NCBI GenBank assembly: GCA_963792585.1
Contig: CAWBWI010000004.1
Location: forward strand, 160,001-224,000
Length of the DNA stretch: 64,000 bases
Source: Candidatus Eiseniibacteriota bacterium
Lineage (GTDB): Bacteria; Eisenbacteria; RBG-16-71-46; CAIMUX01; VGJL01
Direction of reading: 5' to 3'
This document shows, piece after piece, positions 51,948 through 61,557 of the stretch; the stretch's first letter is position 1; each line of letters opens with the position of its first letter. A model generated the notes under the pieces. The model ran no database searches. It was not told the origin of the DNA and worked only from the letters and a program-made list of their open reading frames with translations. The translations under genes were made by a program, and so were the position numbers.

Positions 51948-54900
51948 ATGCGTTTCATTCTGGTCTGCATCTTGGCCGCAGCTTGCCTGATTCCCGCATC
52001 CAGCCTCGCCGTCTCGCCCCCCCTGTCGATCCTTCAGGGAGACGCCACGGTCGATCCGGATATGGCCCGGGGGAATCTGCCGAGCATCGATGTGATCGAA
52101 TCCGGCCCGAATGGGCTCACCCTCGAGTTCTCACTCCCGTCCATCGCCATGGAGGAGGTTACCGTTGGTGGCGAAAGCTACCTGTCGGTGACGATCCCCG
52201 GGGGCGGGCTCGTCGGTGCATTGGGCACACCCCAGCTACCCATCTTCGGCCGCATGGTTTCCATCCCCGACCGTGCCGAGATCCGGATCGACACGAATGT
52301 GACGGAAGAAGAGCAAATGAGCGGCATCCGGATCGCGCCGGCGCAGCCCCAGGATGGCGGCGTATTCACGCTGGACGCTGCCGCGTATGCCCGTGACGAC
52401 TTTGGCGCCCAACCGACCGCATCTGTCGGGCGTCCCGCACTCCTGAGGGACTTTCGCATCGTACCGATCACTTTCCAGCCGATCCGGTACAACGCGGCGC
52501 GCGGCGAGATGAAGATCGCGCGCAAGGTTCGCGTCGAGGTCCGTTTCGAGGGTGAGGATCCGGAAAACCAGAGGCCGTCGATCGCCCCGCGGAGCATCGC
52601 CCCGTCCTTCGACAAGATCTACCGAGAGCTGATCGTCAACTACCAGGGCCCGGGGGCGGGCCTCTCGGTGCAGCCGGGAACCTGGCTCGTCATCTGTCCG
52701 AATGACAATGCGGTCATCACCCGGCTTCAGCCGTTGCTCGACTGGCACAAGCGCAAGGGTTATCCCGTTCGTCTCGCCACCACCGCGGAGACGGGAACAT
52801 CCCGGGACGCGATCAAGAACTGGTTGCTCAACGCCTACACCACTTGGCCGTCACCGCCCGAGTACGTGGCGCTTGCGGCCGATGCCGACGGCTCGTACGC
52901 GATCCCCACATGGACCGAGAATCTCTCCGGCTATAACGGCCCCGGAGATCATCCCTATACGCAACTCGTCGGCGGGGACATCCTTGCCGACGTCAACCTG
53001 GGGCGAATCTCCTACGGCACGCTCACCGAGCTGGAAGTGATCGTGAACAAGTGCGTCGGTTATGAAAGCACCCCGTTCACGTCGCAGGATCCGGACTGGT
53101 TCAAGCGCGCCTGCCTCGTCGGCGATCCGAACTCGTCGGGCTATAGTTGCGTGCAGGTCCAGCAATGGGTCAAGACCCGCATGAAGCAGGTCGGGTACAG
53201 CCAGATCGACACCGTCTTCGGCGGCGACTTTCTGAGCCAGATGGTGACCGACCTGAACCGCGGCGACACGGTGTTCAGCTACCGCGGCTGGCTCGGTATG
53301 AGCGGTTGGGGCACGTCGAACATCTATTCGATGACCAATGGCTGGAAGCTCCCGTTCTGCGTGATCATCACCTGCGGGACGGGAAGCTTCTCCGGATCGA
53401 CCTCGACATCGGAGGCCTTCCTGCGGGCGAACTCGGGTGGGAATCCGCGCGGCGGCATCGGCGCTATCGGAACCGCCACGACCGGGACCCACACGCAGTA
53501 CAACAACTGCGTTCACTACGGGATCCTCTATGGACTCCTCTACCAGGATCTCTACACCATGGGCGCGGCCATGACCCGTGGGAAACTCGAGATGTACCTG
53601 AACTACCAGGGGACGGACCCGAACCACGTCCTGATCTGGTCCTACTGGAACAACCTGATGGGCGATCCGGGGGTGGAAGTCTGGACCGGCTACCCTGCGC
53701 AGCTCGAGATCACGCACCCCGCGACCCTCCCGATCGGGACGAACTCCGTCACGGTAACCGTGAAGGAGAGCCACACCGTCCCGCTCGCGGACGCGCAGGT
53801 CTGTCTCCTGAAAGACACCGAAACGTTCGTGGTGGGCTACACCAACGCACAGGGGCAAATCGAGCTACCGGTCTCCGCCACGACCGCGGGCAACATGCAG
53901 TTGACCGTCACGAAGCACAACTACTACCCCTATCTCGCGACGATCCCGGTGGCGAGCGGAACGATGTACGTCGCCTACCAGGCGTCGACCGTGAGCGACG
54001 ACAACGTCGGCGCCAGCCACGGCAACGGCAACGGCGCCGTCAACCCGACCGAGACGATCGAGCTCTCCGTCCAGTTGAAGAACTTCGGATCTCAGACCGC
54101 GTCCGGCGTCAATGCGACCCTGACGACCAGCGATCCCTACGCCACGATCTCGGACGCGACGAAGTCCTACGGCAACATCGCCGCGGGGGCGTCCGCCTGG
54201 AGTTCGGGCAGCTACGTTCTCACCGTGAGCCCCGCGTGTCCCCACGACCGAAACATCCGTCTCGGTCTGGAAGTCACCTCGGGCACGAGCGCCTGGCATT
54301 CGCTAATCGATTTGCCGGTCGTCTCGGCCGAGTTCTCCTGCGAGGGGGTCACCGTTTACAACGTCGGCGGCAACAACCTCTTCGATCCCGGCGAGACCGG
54401 CCAGGCCAGCATCAAGCTGCGGAACAGCGGAGGGATGGACGCCTCCGCCGTGACCGCAACGCTGACGTCCTCGAGTCCCTATGTCACGATCGTGGATGGT
54501 TCCGCGTCCTTCGGCAACATCGTCGCAGGAAGTGCCATCGAGAACACGCTCGACCGATTCTCCCTCTCGGTCTCCTCGGATGCGATCAGGGGTACGCCGG
54601 CCGCATTCCAGGTCGTCTGCGATTTCTCGGGCGGAACGAAGGACACGACATCGTTCGACCTGGCGATCGGAACCAGGACGAGCGTCGATCCGAGCGGACC
54701 CGACGCCTACGGGTACTACGCGTTCGACAACACCGACACCGGATACCCCCAGGTGCCGACCTACTCCTGGGTCGAACTCAACGGAGATCCGGGGGCGATC
54801 CAGATCTCGCTGACCGACAACGGGACCTATCAGGACGACTCCGAAGTCATCACACTCGACTTCCCGTTCACCTATTACGGCGTGACCTACACGAAGGCCA

Positions 54901-56795
54901 CCATCTGCTCGAACGGTTGGCTCGCGATGGGCGCCCAGTGGACCAACACGGAGTACCGCAACTGGACCATTCCCGGAGCGGGCGGTCCGCAGGCGATGAT
55001 CGCCGCGTTCTGGGACGACCTGAGCCTCTCGGGCGGCGGAAAAGTCCTCCGCAAGTACGACACGGCGAACCATCGCACGATCTTCGAGTGGAGCGCGGTG
55101 CACAACGAGGTAGGGTCCGCGGAGACCTTCGAGATCATCCTGTACGACCCGGCGTATCACGAGACGGGCACGGGGGATGGAATCATCGAGGTCCAATACA
55201 GCGTGGTCAACAACACGGACAGCGGTGACAACTACGCGACGGCGGGCATCGAGAACGCGAACCAGTCCGACGGCGTTCTCTACACCTATGACAGTCTCTA
55301 CTCGAGTGGATCGACGACCCTCGCGACGGGCCGGGCCATCCGGTACATGCCGGTCACTCTCCTACCGAGCGGGACACTCCAGGGTCACGTGCGCAACGCC
55401 TCGAACGGTAACTCACCGCTTCAAGCCGCGCAGGTGACTGTTCTTCAGAACGGCCGGTCATTCGTCAGTGCCGAGGACGGCAGCTACGGCGGTTCGATCG
55501 CGCCGGGCAGCTACACCGTCGTGGCGCTTCTGGAGGGATTCGAGCCCGACACCGCGACGGCCGTTGTCGTCCAGGTTGGTCAGTCGACCGTCCAGGACTT
55601 CTCGCTCGTCGACATCCTGGGTCCCTCCATTGCCAACGTCACGAACAACCTCACGACCAGCGATACCTCGGGCCCATATCCGATCCAGGCATCGATCACG
55701 GACGCGAGCGGCGTGGCCGTGGCGAACCTCTTCTATCGCTTGAATGGTGCGGGCTGGATCGAACTGCCGATGAACGGGGTGGATGACCTCTACACGGCGG
55801 ATCTCCCGGGAATGAGCGCCGGCACACAGATCGACTACTACATTTGGGCGAGGGACAACGCCAACAGGACCACGTCCAACCCGTCCGATGCGCCCGCGAG
55901 CTTCTACACCCTCTACGTCACCGCGCTGACTTACAACTACAACGTCGAGAATCCTGAGGACACGAACTGGCAGGTCGGCGTGGCGGGGGACGGCGCGACG
56001 ACGGGGCAGTGGGTCCGAGACGATCCGATCGGCTCCGTCTACAACAGCACCACGATGCAGCCGGAAGATGACCACACCGCCAACCCCGGTGTCCTCTGCT
56101 TCGTCACGGGGCAGGGGTCCGTGGGCGGGGCGGCGGGCGACGCCGACGTCGACGGCGGTTGCACCACGTTGCTCTCGCCGATCTACGACCTGAGCCAGGC
56201 CACCATGGCTTTCTTCACCTATCACCGCTGGTATGCGGAGGGTGGGAATTCCGTGGACGACGAGTTCGCCGTGGACGTCTCGAGCGACGGAGGCAACAGC
56301 TGGGTCGCCCTCGAGCGGGTGCCCGACATCGACAACACTTGGAGGAAAGTGACGACGAACCTGTTCGACGTCATCACGCTCACAAACCAGGTACAGATTC
56401 GCTTTCTCGCTTGCGACCTGAACACAGCCGGACTGGTCGAGGCGGCCATCGACGACGTGGCGATGGAGGTCTTTATCCCGAACAACTCCGCCGCGGACGA
56501 TGGGCTCACAATTCCCATCCGGATGGCCCTCGCGCAGAACAACCCGAACCCGTTCAATCCGAGAACGACGATCAGCTTCGATATCTCGTCGCCTTCCCAC
56601 GCGCGACTCGAGATCTTCAGCGCGTCCGGTCGCCTCGTGCGCACGCTCGTCGACGCCGTCCGCCCCGCGGGATCTCACCAAGTCGTTTGGGACGGAAGAG
56701 ACGATGCCGGACGCTCCGTCGGCTCGGGAATCTACTTCTACCGTCTCCGCGCCGGGACGTTCTCGGAGAGCCGGAGGATGACGATTCTAAAGTGA
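51948..56795 (+). CDS. secreted C25 (gingipain-like) multidomain protein with Ig-like repeats and FlgD-like C-terminal domain
   Basis: Signal peptide, propeptide, WHKRKGY, GDHPY, LGRIS, NLMGDP, two NG..PxET repeats, QNNPNPFNPRTTI...WDGRDDAGRSVGSGIYFYRL. Confidence 0.85.
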   Translation: MRFILVCILAAACLIPASSLAVSPPLSILQGDATVDPDMARGNLPSIDVIESGPNGLTLEFSLPSIAMEEVTVGGESYLSVTIPGGGLVGALGTPQLPIFGRMVSIPDRAEIRIDTNVTEEEQMSGIRIAPAQPQDGGVFTLDAAAYARDDFGAQPTASVGRPALLRDFRIVPITFQPIRYNAARGEMKIARKVRVEVRFEGEDPENQRPSIAPRSIAPSFDKIYRELIVNYQGPGAGLSVQPGTWLVICPNDNAVITRLQPLLDWHKRKGYPVRLATTAETGTSRDAIKNWLLNAYTTWPSPPEYVALAADADGSYAIPTWTENLSGYNGPGDHPYTQLVGGDILADVNLGRISYGTLTELEVIVNKCVGYESTPFTSQDPDWFKRACLVGDPNSSGYSCVQVQQWVKTRMKQVGYSQIDTVFGGDFLSQMVTDLNRGDTVFSYRGWLGMSGWGTSNIYSMTNGWKLPFCVIITCGTGSFSGSTSTSEAFLRANSGGNPRGGIGAIGTATTGTHTQYNNCVHYGILYGLLYQDLYTMGAAMTRGKLEMYLNYQGTDPNHVLIWSYWNNLMGDPGVEVWTGYPAQLEITHPATLPIGTNSVTVTVKESHTVPLADAQVCLLKDTETFVVGYTNAQGQIELPVSATTAGNMQLTVTKHNYYPYLATIPVASGTMYVAYQASTVSDDNVGASHGNGNGAVNPTETIELSVQLKNFGSQTASGVNATLTTSDPYATISDATKSYGNIAAGASAWSSGSYVLTVSPACPHDRNIRLGLEVTSGTSAWHSLIDLPVVSAEFSCEGVTVYNVGGNNLFDPGETGQASIKLRNSGGMDASAVTATLTSSSPYVTIVDGSASFGNIVAGSAIENTLDRFSLSVSSDAIRGTPAAFQVVCDFSGGTKDTTSFDLAIGTRTSVDPSGPDAYGYYAFDNTDTGYPQVPTYSWVELNGDPGAIQISLTDNGTYQDDSEVITLDFPFTYYGVTYTKATICSNGWLAMGAQWTNTEYRNWTIPGAGGPQAMIAAFWDDLSLSGGGKVLRKYDTANHRTIFEWSAVHNEVGSAETFEIILYDPAYHETGTGDGIIEVQYSVVNNTDSGDNYATAGIENANQSDGVLYTYDSLYSSGSTTLATGRAIRYMPVTLLPSGTLQGHVRNASNGNSPLQAAQVTVLQNGRSFVSAEDGSYGGSIAPGSYTVVALLEGFEPDTATAVVVQVGQSTVQDFSLVDILGPSIANVTNNLTTSDTSGPYPIQASITDASGVAVANLFYRLNGAGWIELPMNGVDDLYTADLPGMSAGTQIDYYIWARDNANRTTSNPSDAPASFYTLYVTALTYNYNVENPEDTNWQVGVAGDGATTGQWVRDDPIGSVYNSTTMQPEDDHTANPGVLCFVTGQGSVGGAAGDADVDGGCTTLLSPIYDLSQATMAFFTYHRWYAEGGNSVDDEFAVDVSSDGGNSWVALERVPDIDNTWRKVTTNLFDVITLTNQVQIRFLACDLNTAGLVEAAIDDVAMEVFIPNNSAADDGLTIPIRMALAQNNPNPFNPRTTISFDISSPSHARLEIFSASGRLVRTLVDAVRPAGSHQVVWDGRDDAGRSVGSGIYFYRLRAGTFSESRRMTILK

Positions 56796-56936
56796 CGCTC
56801 AGGGGCCCTGCCGCGTGTGGGATCGTTGGATCCACCCGCCGGCAGGGCTCCCTGTTTTCATCGGTTTTCCCTTGAGGCGGCGACCGCGGATTCGATACGA
56901 TGCGAAACGCACCGCCTTTCGGCGGACGGTAACTTT

Positions 56937-57013
56937 AGGCCAGTAGCTCAAATTGGCAGAGCAACGGTCTCCAAAACCGTAGGTTGGGGGTTCAAGTCCC
57001 TCCTGGCCTGCCA
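56937..57013 (+). tRNA. tRNA-Trp(CCA)
   Basis: AGGCCAGTAGCTCAAATTGGCAGAGC...CTCCAAA...GGTTCAAGTCC...GGCCTGCCA. Confidence 0.96.
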
Positions 57014-57023
57014 GCATCGAAGA

Positions 57024-57053
57024 GGGCCGCCGGATCCGGATCCGGCGGCCTTT
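57024..57053 (+). terminator. hairpin terminator after tRNA-Trp (possibly bidirectional)
   Basis: GGCCGCCGGATC..GATCCGGCGGCC followed by TTT. Confidence 0.65.
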
Positions 57054-57079
57054 CGCTCGGGCGGCGGTTTCTCGATCCG

Positions 57080-58240
57080 TCACGCGCGGGCGAATCCATC
57101 CGCTTTCGCCACTGCGTCCCGAAAACGTTCTCGCGTCCCGAAGGCCGCCCGATTGAATGCGCAGGCGAAGTCCGGAACTCGATCGGGATCCGTATTACCC
57201 GCCGAGAGCCCGATGGAGACCGGGCAGAGATCACAGTCTCCGATGGAGCGGCATGTCGAACAGGCTGCGATGCTCGAACGCTTCCGTTCCTTGCGGGTCA
57301 GGATAGCGCTGCCCTGCGCCTTCTCGGCGAACACCTCGAATGCCGATCGCAGCGAGGGGTCGTCGACGTGTCCGATCCGGAGTCGCGTCATCTCCTCTGT
57401 CAGCCACGGAAGGGCCCGATTCGCGAGTCCCCTCACGAGCATGACGCACCCATACACCGACCCGTCCACGTCCACGGCGGCGGATCGCCCCCGCGCGACG
57501 CCGCACATCGTGCGGCTCCGCCATGGATGGGGGCCCGGCCCACGGTCACCACGCAACCCGAGAAACGGGATCTCGCCGCACGCTCGGAAGTGGGAGATGC
57601 AGCTTTCCCCGATTCGTTCGAATGCTGCCGTCAGCTCGTCGAGAACCGTTTGCGCCGGACCCTCGGGGACGGCGCACGCGGGCGAGATCGAGAGGTTCGC
57701 AACTCCCTTCCGGAGAAAGTAGGCGAAGGAGGCGGCCATGGTGGATACCGTGTCCGGGGCGACGGTCATCATCACGGTCAATCGGTCTCGGAATCGATCG
57801 GGGCGTCGCGCCCTGAACCAATCTAGCACCCAGTCGAGGTGGTCGAATGTGCCCGGGGATCGTGCATCCTGGGCAGCCGGAACTCCGTCGAAACTCAGGT
57901 GAATTTCGAAATCGTGCGCGGCGAGGAAGTCGAGGGTGTCCTCATCGAGAAGCATCCCGTTCGTCTGCACGCTCCACTGCACGGAACGCTCCGGTGTCGA
58001 CCGTTCCTCGACATACAAAACCGCACGCCGGATGAGAGGGAGGGCGAGCAGGGGCTCGCCGCCGGAAAACACGATTCTTCGCCGGGGTTCCTCCAGGCTC
58101 AGAATCCAGTCCAGCGTTCTGCGCAATGTCGACCAGGCCATCTCCCGCCGGAGATGGCGGACCTGGTAGCAGTAGCTGCACCGCAGGTTGCAGGCCGATG
58201 TCAGCACCAGATGGACGGCGCCGATCGATTCCCGGGCCAT
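57080..58240 (-). CDS. radical SAM enzyme with SPASM domain
   Basis: CNLRCSYC, FSGGEPLL, QTNG, LSFDG; auxiliary Cys: C..DGSVYGC and CX2CX5CX2CX20C. Confidence 0.92.
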   Translation of the reverse strand: MARESIGAVHLVLTSACNLRCSYCYQVRHLRREMAWSTLRRTLDWILSLEEPRRRIVFSGGEPLLALPLIRRAVLYVEERSTPERSVQWSVQTNGMLLDEDTLDFLAAHDFEIHLSFDGVPAAQDARSPGTFDHLDWVLDWFRARRPDRFRDRLTVMMTVAPDTVSTMAASFAYFLRKGVANLSISPACAVPEGPAQTVLDELTAAFERIGESCISHFRACGEIPFLGLRGDRGPGPHPWRSRTMCGVARGRSAAVDVDGSVYGCVMLVRGLANRALPWLTEEMTRLRIGHVDDPSLRSAFEVFAEKAQGSAILTRKERKRSSIAACSTCRSIGDCDLCPVSIGLSAGNTDPDRVPDFACAFNRAAFGTRERFRDAVAKADGFARA

Positions 58241-58249
58241 GTCGCGGGA

Positions 58250-58568
58250 CTACGTGGTCTCGATGCCCTGAAATTCTCGCGATATCATCTTTCAGGACCG
58301 TCAGCCACGTCTCCATCTTCGTGAGTGCGTCGACCAGATCCCCAGCCGTCACGCTCGTCTTGGTCTCCTCGATGCATCCGAAACAGATCGTCGTCCTCGG
58401 AGGACGAACGATGATCGGCGGGGTCTCTCTCCAGGTGTCCGTCTGCTGGACGATCACGGTCTGAGCAGGAACCGTCGCGATGGAACTCCGGATCTCCTCG
58501 GTCCACCCCACGAGAGCCTCGATGTCCCACTTCACATCCATCAACGTAATCGTGCCCATCGGGTTCAT
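58250..58568 (-). CDS. small (~105 aa) hypothetical protein, candidate radical SAM substrate; probable 1-nt frameshift near 58275
   Basis: AGGAG RBS just upstream of ATG; internal helical repeat; CFGC loop; alternative frame ends FQGIETT-TAG 9 nt before the rSAM ATG. Confidence 0.7.
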
Positions 58569-58704
58569 TCTTCTCCTTTCCCGGCGTAACGCCCGAACTG
58601 GGTCTCACGCGAGAACGTCGTGCACGCGACCGGAATCGTCGCGAGCAGGACGCGTCGCGCCCCCCACCGGCGGCCGGAATCTCCGGACGGCCGTCAACTC
58701 GCCG

Positions 58705-61557
58705 TCAATAGCTTCCCTTCTGCGCTTCGAGCAGCCAAATGTCCCCATTCACCTCCTCTCGAGTCAGCACGACGCTCCGTCCGTCCGCGGGAAGATCGAA
58801 CATCGGCATGGACGTCGCGGGCCCTGCATCGATCGGCAGGTCCAACGGGGCGGGGGCGGTCCCGTGAAGCGGCAGACGGCGAAGGCTGAAACGGTCCGCG
58901 CCCCACGTCCCGCACGCGATGAGATCGCCCCCGAGCACATCCCATCGCACGCGCGTGATGTTCGCTCCCGTCGTGAGACGGCGGGCACGCCCCCCTCCGT
59001 CCGCCGGCACGATCCAGGCTTCGTTTCCGATCGAGTCGGACCCTACAAAGGCGATGGTCTGCCCGTCGGGCGACCAGGCGGGCGAGAAGGCGAGGACCCG
59101 CGCGATTGCCAGCATCCGGGCAGGACCTTCAGGGCGCCCCCTGCTCACCCGCTGGACCCACAGGTGACTGCCTCCGCCCCGCTCCGACACGAATGCGACG
59201 TGGTCGCCGTCGGGCGACCAGGCGGGTTCCATGTCGCTCGCGGGGTCGGTGGTGAATCGGATCGGTTGCCCGCCCCGAATCGGAATCACCCATAGGTCGC
59301 GATCCTGCCCGATGATCTGGTAGTAGACAATCCATTGTCCGTCGGGAGAAACGGCGGGGTGGAGCGCATCGCCCGGTCCATCCGTGAGCTGCCGCGGGGA
59401 GCCGTTAGGAAGTCCATCCTTCATTGCCTGCAGCCACAGATCGCGTTTCTTTCCTGCCCGTGACGAAATGAAGACCAGGAATTGCCCGTCGGATGAGAAC
59501 GCCGGCTGATCGGCGTCGGCAAGCGAGCGTGCGATCGTCTCCTGTTTCGTCTTCAGGTCGTAGAAGACCAGATTCCGCATGACCAGCTGCGTTGCATACG
59601 CCAATCGCTTGCCGTCGGAGGAGAAACTCGGCTGGCATTGGCGGCTGTCCCCCAGGGTCACGCGTTCCGGGTCTCCCCCTTTCGCGACGACGCGCGCCAG
59701 CGCGGTCGTCCCGTCGCGGTAGGAGGTGAAGTAGACGTGCCGTCCCGAAGGAGACCAAACCGGATCCTGATCCAAATCGGTGTCGGTCGTGAGACGGCGC
59801 GCCCTGCCGCCTGAAGACGGCACTTCCCAGAGACCGTGGCGGGTCGCGTAGCAGATCCGCCGGCCGTCAGGCGACCAGGCGGGGTGATCGTGGGCCCAGA
59901 GCCCTCCCCCGTCATCCGTCAGCATCGCGATCCGGCCGGGGTCCGCGAGAGAAGATATGCCGATCCTCGCGTCGGCGCCCTGCGCCGCACGGGAGAAGGC
60001 GATCCGTTCCCCGTCGCGGGAAATCGCGGGCTGGTCCGCCCCGGGCACAAGCAGGGTTGCCCCCCCGCCGAGCTGACCCATCTTCCAGATGGAGGGAGTG
60101 CCGCCTCGATCGGAGACGAAAGCCAACGAGCCGCCGTCGGGAAACCAGACGGGATGGGAATCGATGGCAGGATCGTCGGTGAGTCGCAGAGGGGTCCCGC
60201 CGTGGGCGTCGATGAGGTAGATGTCGTAGTTGCCGCCCGCCTCCGACGTGTAGGCGATCCGCCCGCCGTCGGGGGACAGCGCGGGCTGGCCTTCCCAGCC
60301 GTCCGCGCTGGTCACATGCACCGGCACCCCGTTTGGAAGGGGATGGGTCCCGATGGCTGGGAGCCCTCGCAGGAGCAGCACGACGAACAGGACCGCCGCG
60401 GGGACTGCCCAGAGCAGATGCTTGGACGGTCGCCTCCGCACGCGATCCGCGGCAGCGGGATGGGTCTTCGAGTATGCACGAAACTCGTATTGGCGACGGG
60501 CGGCGCGGATGTCCACGAGCAGTTCCCCGCCGTTCTGGTAACGTTCCTCGGGGAGTTTGGCCATCGACTTGCGGATGATCCGCTCGAAGTCCTCCGGAAC
60601 CTCATAGGTGAACTGCGAGATCGGTTTGGGCTCACGATGGATGATCGCATCGGAAAGGCTTCCGAATGACGAGGCGGCGAAGGCGGGAACGCCGGTGCAC
60701 ATCTCGTAGAGGACGACTCCCAGGGAGAAGATGTCGCTGCGCGGGTCGATCGGTCGACCGAGGGCTTGCTCGGGCGACATGTAGCGCGGGGTCCCAACGA
60801 CCGTGCCGACCGGCGTGACCGTGGTCGCGCTCTGTTCCCATGGGACATTTTCGCCACGCGGGGAGCAGATGCGGGCAAGACCGAAATCGCCGATCAGGGC
60901 GCGGTCGTCGACATCGATGAGGATGTTTCCCGGCTTGATGTCGCGATGGAGGATCCCTTGCGCGTGCGCCACCTTGAGCGCTGCGGCCAGATCCTCGCCG
61001 TAGCGCAGGATCTTCTCTACCGGCAGCCGTCCACCATCGGCGAGTTGGGAGCCAAGATCGCGGCCGGCGATGTACTGCATGGCGATCCACGGATACCCAT
61101 GCGCCTCGAAGGCCTCGAAGACCTGCACAATGTTCGGATGAGAGACCTTTGACGCCGCCCGCGCTTCGTGCAGAAACCGGCGGCGACAGTCGGGATCGGC
61201 GACGAGGTCCGGGGAGAGGCATTTCAGCGCCACCTCACGCTCGAGTTCCAGATCCTCCGCCCGGAACACCAGTCCCATGCCGCCCTCACCCAGGAGATTC
61301 AGGAGCTTGTAGTGCGAAACATTCTGGCCGATCAGGGTCACGGGCGAGGAGACGGTCCCGCCCGCCCTTCCCAAAAGCACATTGGGATCGAGAATGTGGT
61401 GGCCTGCTTCGTCATGGGCGAGCATGGCCTCGACCTCGAGCCGCAGCCCGGGGTCGTCCCGGCAGGCTCCGTCAAGGAACGCGGCTCGATCCTCCGGCGA
61501 GAGGTCCGCGGCCTTGAGCAGGAGCTCCTTCAGCCGAGCGAAGGCATCGGGGTTCAC
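58705..61557 (-). CDS. membrane Ser/Thr protein kinase with TolB-like (PD40) sensor propellers
   Basis: GEGGMG, VALK, HRDIKPGN, DFG, GTPRYMSPE; TM helix; many PAWSPDG repeats. Confidence 0.93.
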   Translation of the reverse strand: MNPDAFARLKELLLKAADLSPEDRAAFLDGACRDDPGLRLEVEAMLAHDEAGHHILDPNVLLGRAGGTVSSPVTLIGQNVSHYKLLNLLGEGGMGLVFRAEDLELEREVALKCLSPDLVADPDCRRRFLHEARAASKVSHPNIVQVFEAFEAHGYPWIAMQYIAGRDLGSQLADGGRLPVEKILRYGEDLAAALKVAHAQGILHRDIKPGNILIDVDDRALIGDFGLARICSPRGENVPWEQSATTVTPVGTVVGTPRYMSPEQALGRPIDPRSDIFSLGVVLYEMCTGVPAFAASSFGSLSDAIIHREPKPISQFTYEVPEDFERIIRKSMAKLPEERYQNGGELLVDIRAARRQYEFRAYSKTHPAAADRVRRRPSKHLLWAVPAAVLFVVLLLRGLPAIGTHPLPNGVPVHVTSADGWEGQPALSPDGGRIAYTSEAGGNYDIYLIDAHGGTPLRLTDDPAIDSHPVWFPDGGSLAFVSDRGGTPSIWKMGQLGGGATLLVPGADQPAISRDGERIAFSRAAQGADARIGISSLADPGRIAMLTDDGGGLWAHDHPAWSPDGRRICYATRHGLWEVPSSGGRARRLTTDTDLDQDPVWSPSGRHVYFTSYRDGTTALARVVAKGGDPERVTLGDSRQCQPSFSSDGKRLAYATQLVMRNLVFYDLKTKQETIARSLADADQPAFSSDGQFLVFISSRAGKKRDLWLQAMKDGLPNGSPRQLTDGPGDALHPAVSPDGQWIVYYQIIGQDRDLWVIPIRGGQPIRFTTDPASDMEPAWSPDGDHVAFVSERGGGSHLWVQRVSRGRPEGPARMLAIARVLAFSPAWSPDGQTIAFVGSDSIGNEAWIVPADGGGRARRLTTGANITRVRWDVLGGDLIACGTWGADRFSLRRLPLHGTAPAPLDLPIDAGPATSMPMFDLPADGRSVVLTREEVNGDIWLLEAQKGSY

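Noticed and set aside
57080..58240. Anaerobic sulfatase maturase or PqqE assignment
   Set aside because: No sulfatase or pqq genes nearby; motif similarity is only at the SPASM superfamily level.
57942..58249. C-terminal 110-aa extension of the small protein overlapping the rSAM gene
   Set aside because: Low-complexity off-frame translation of the rSAM CDS; a single-base correction gives a stop at 58250.
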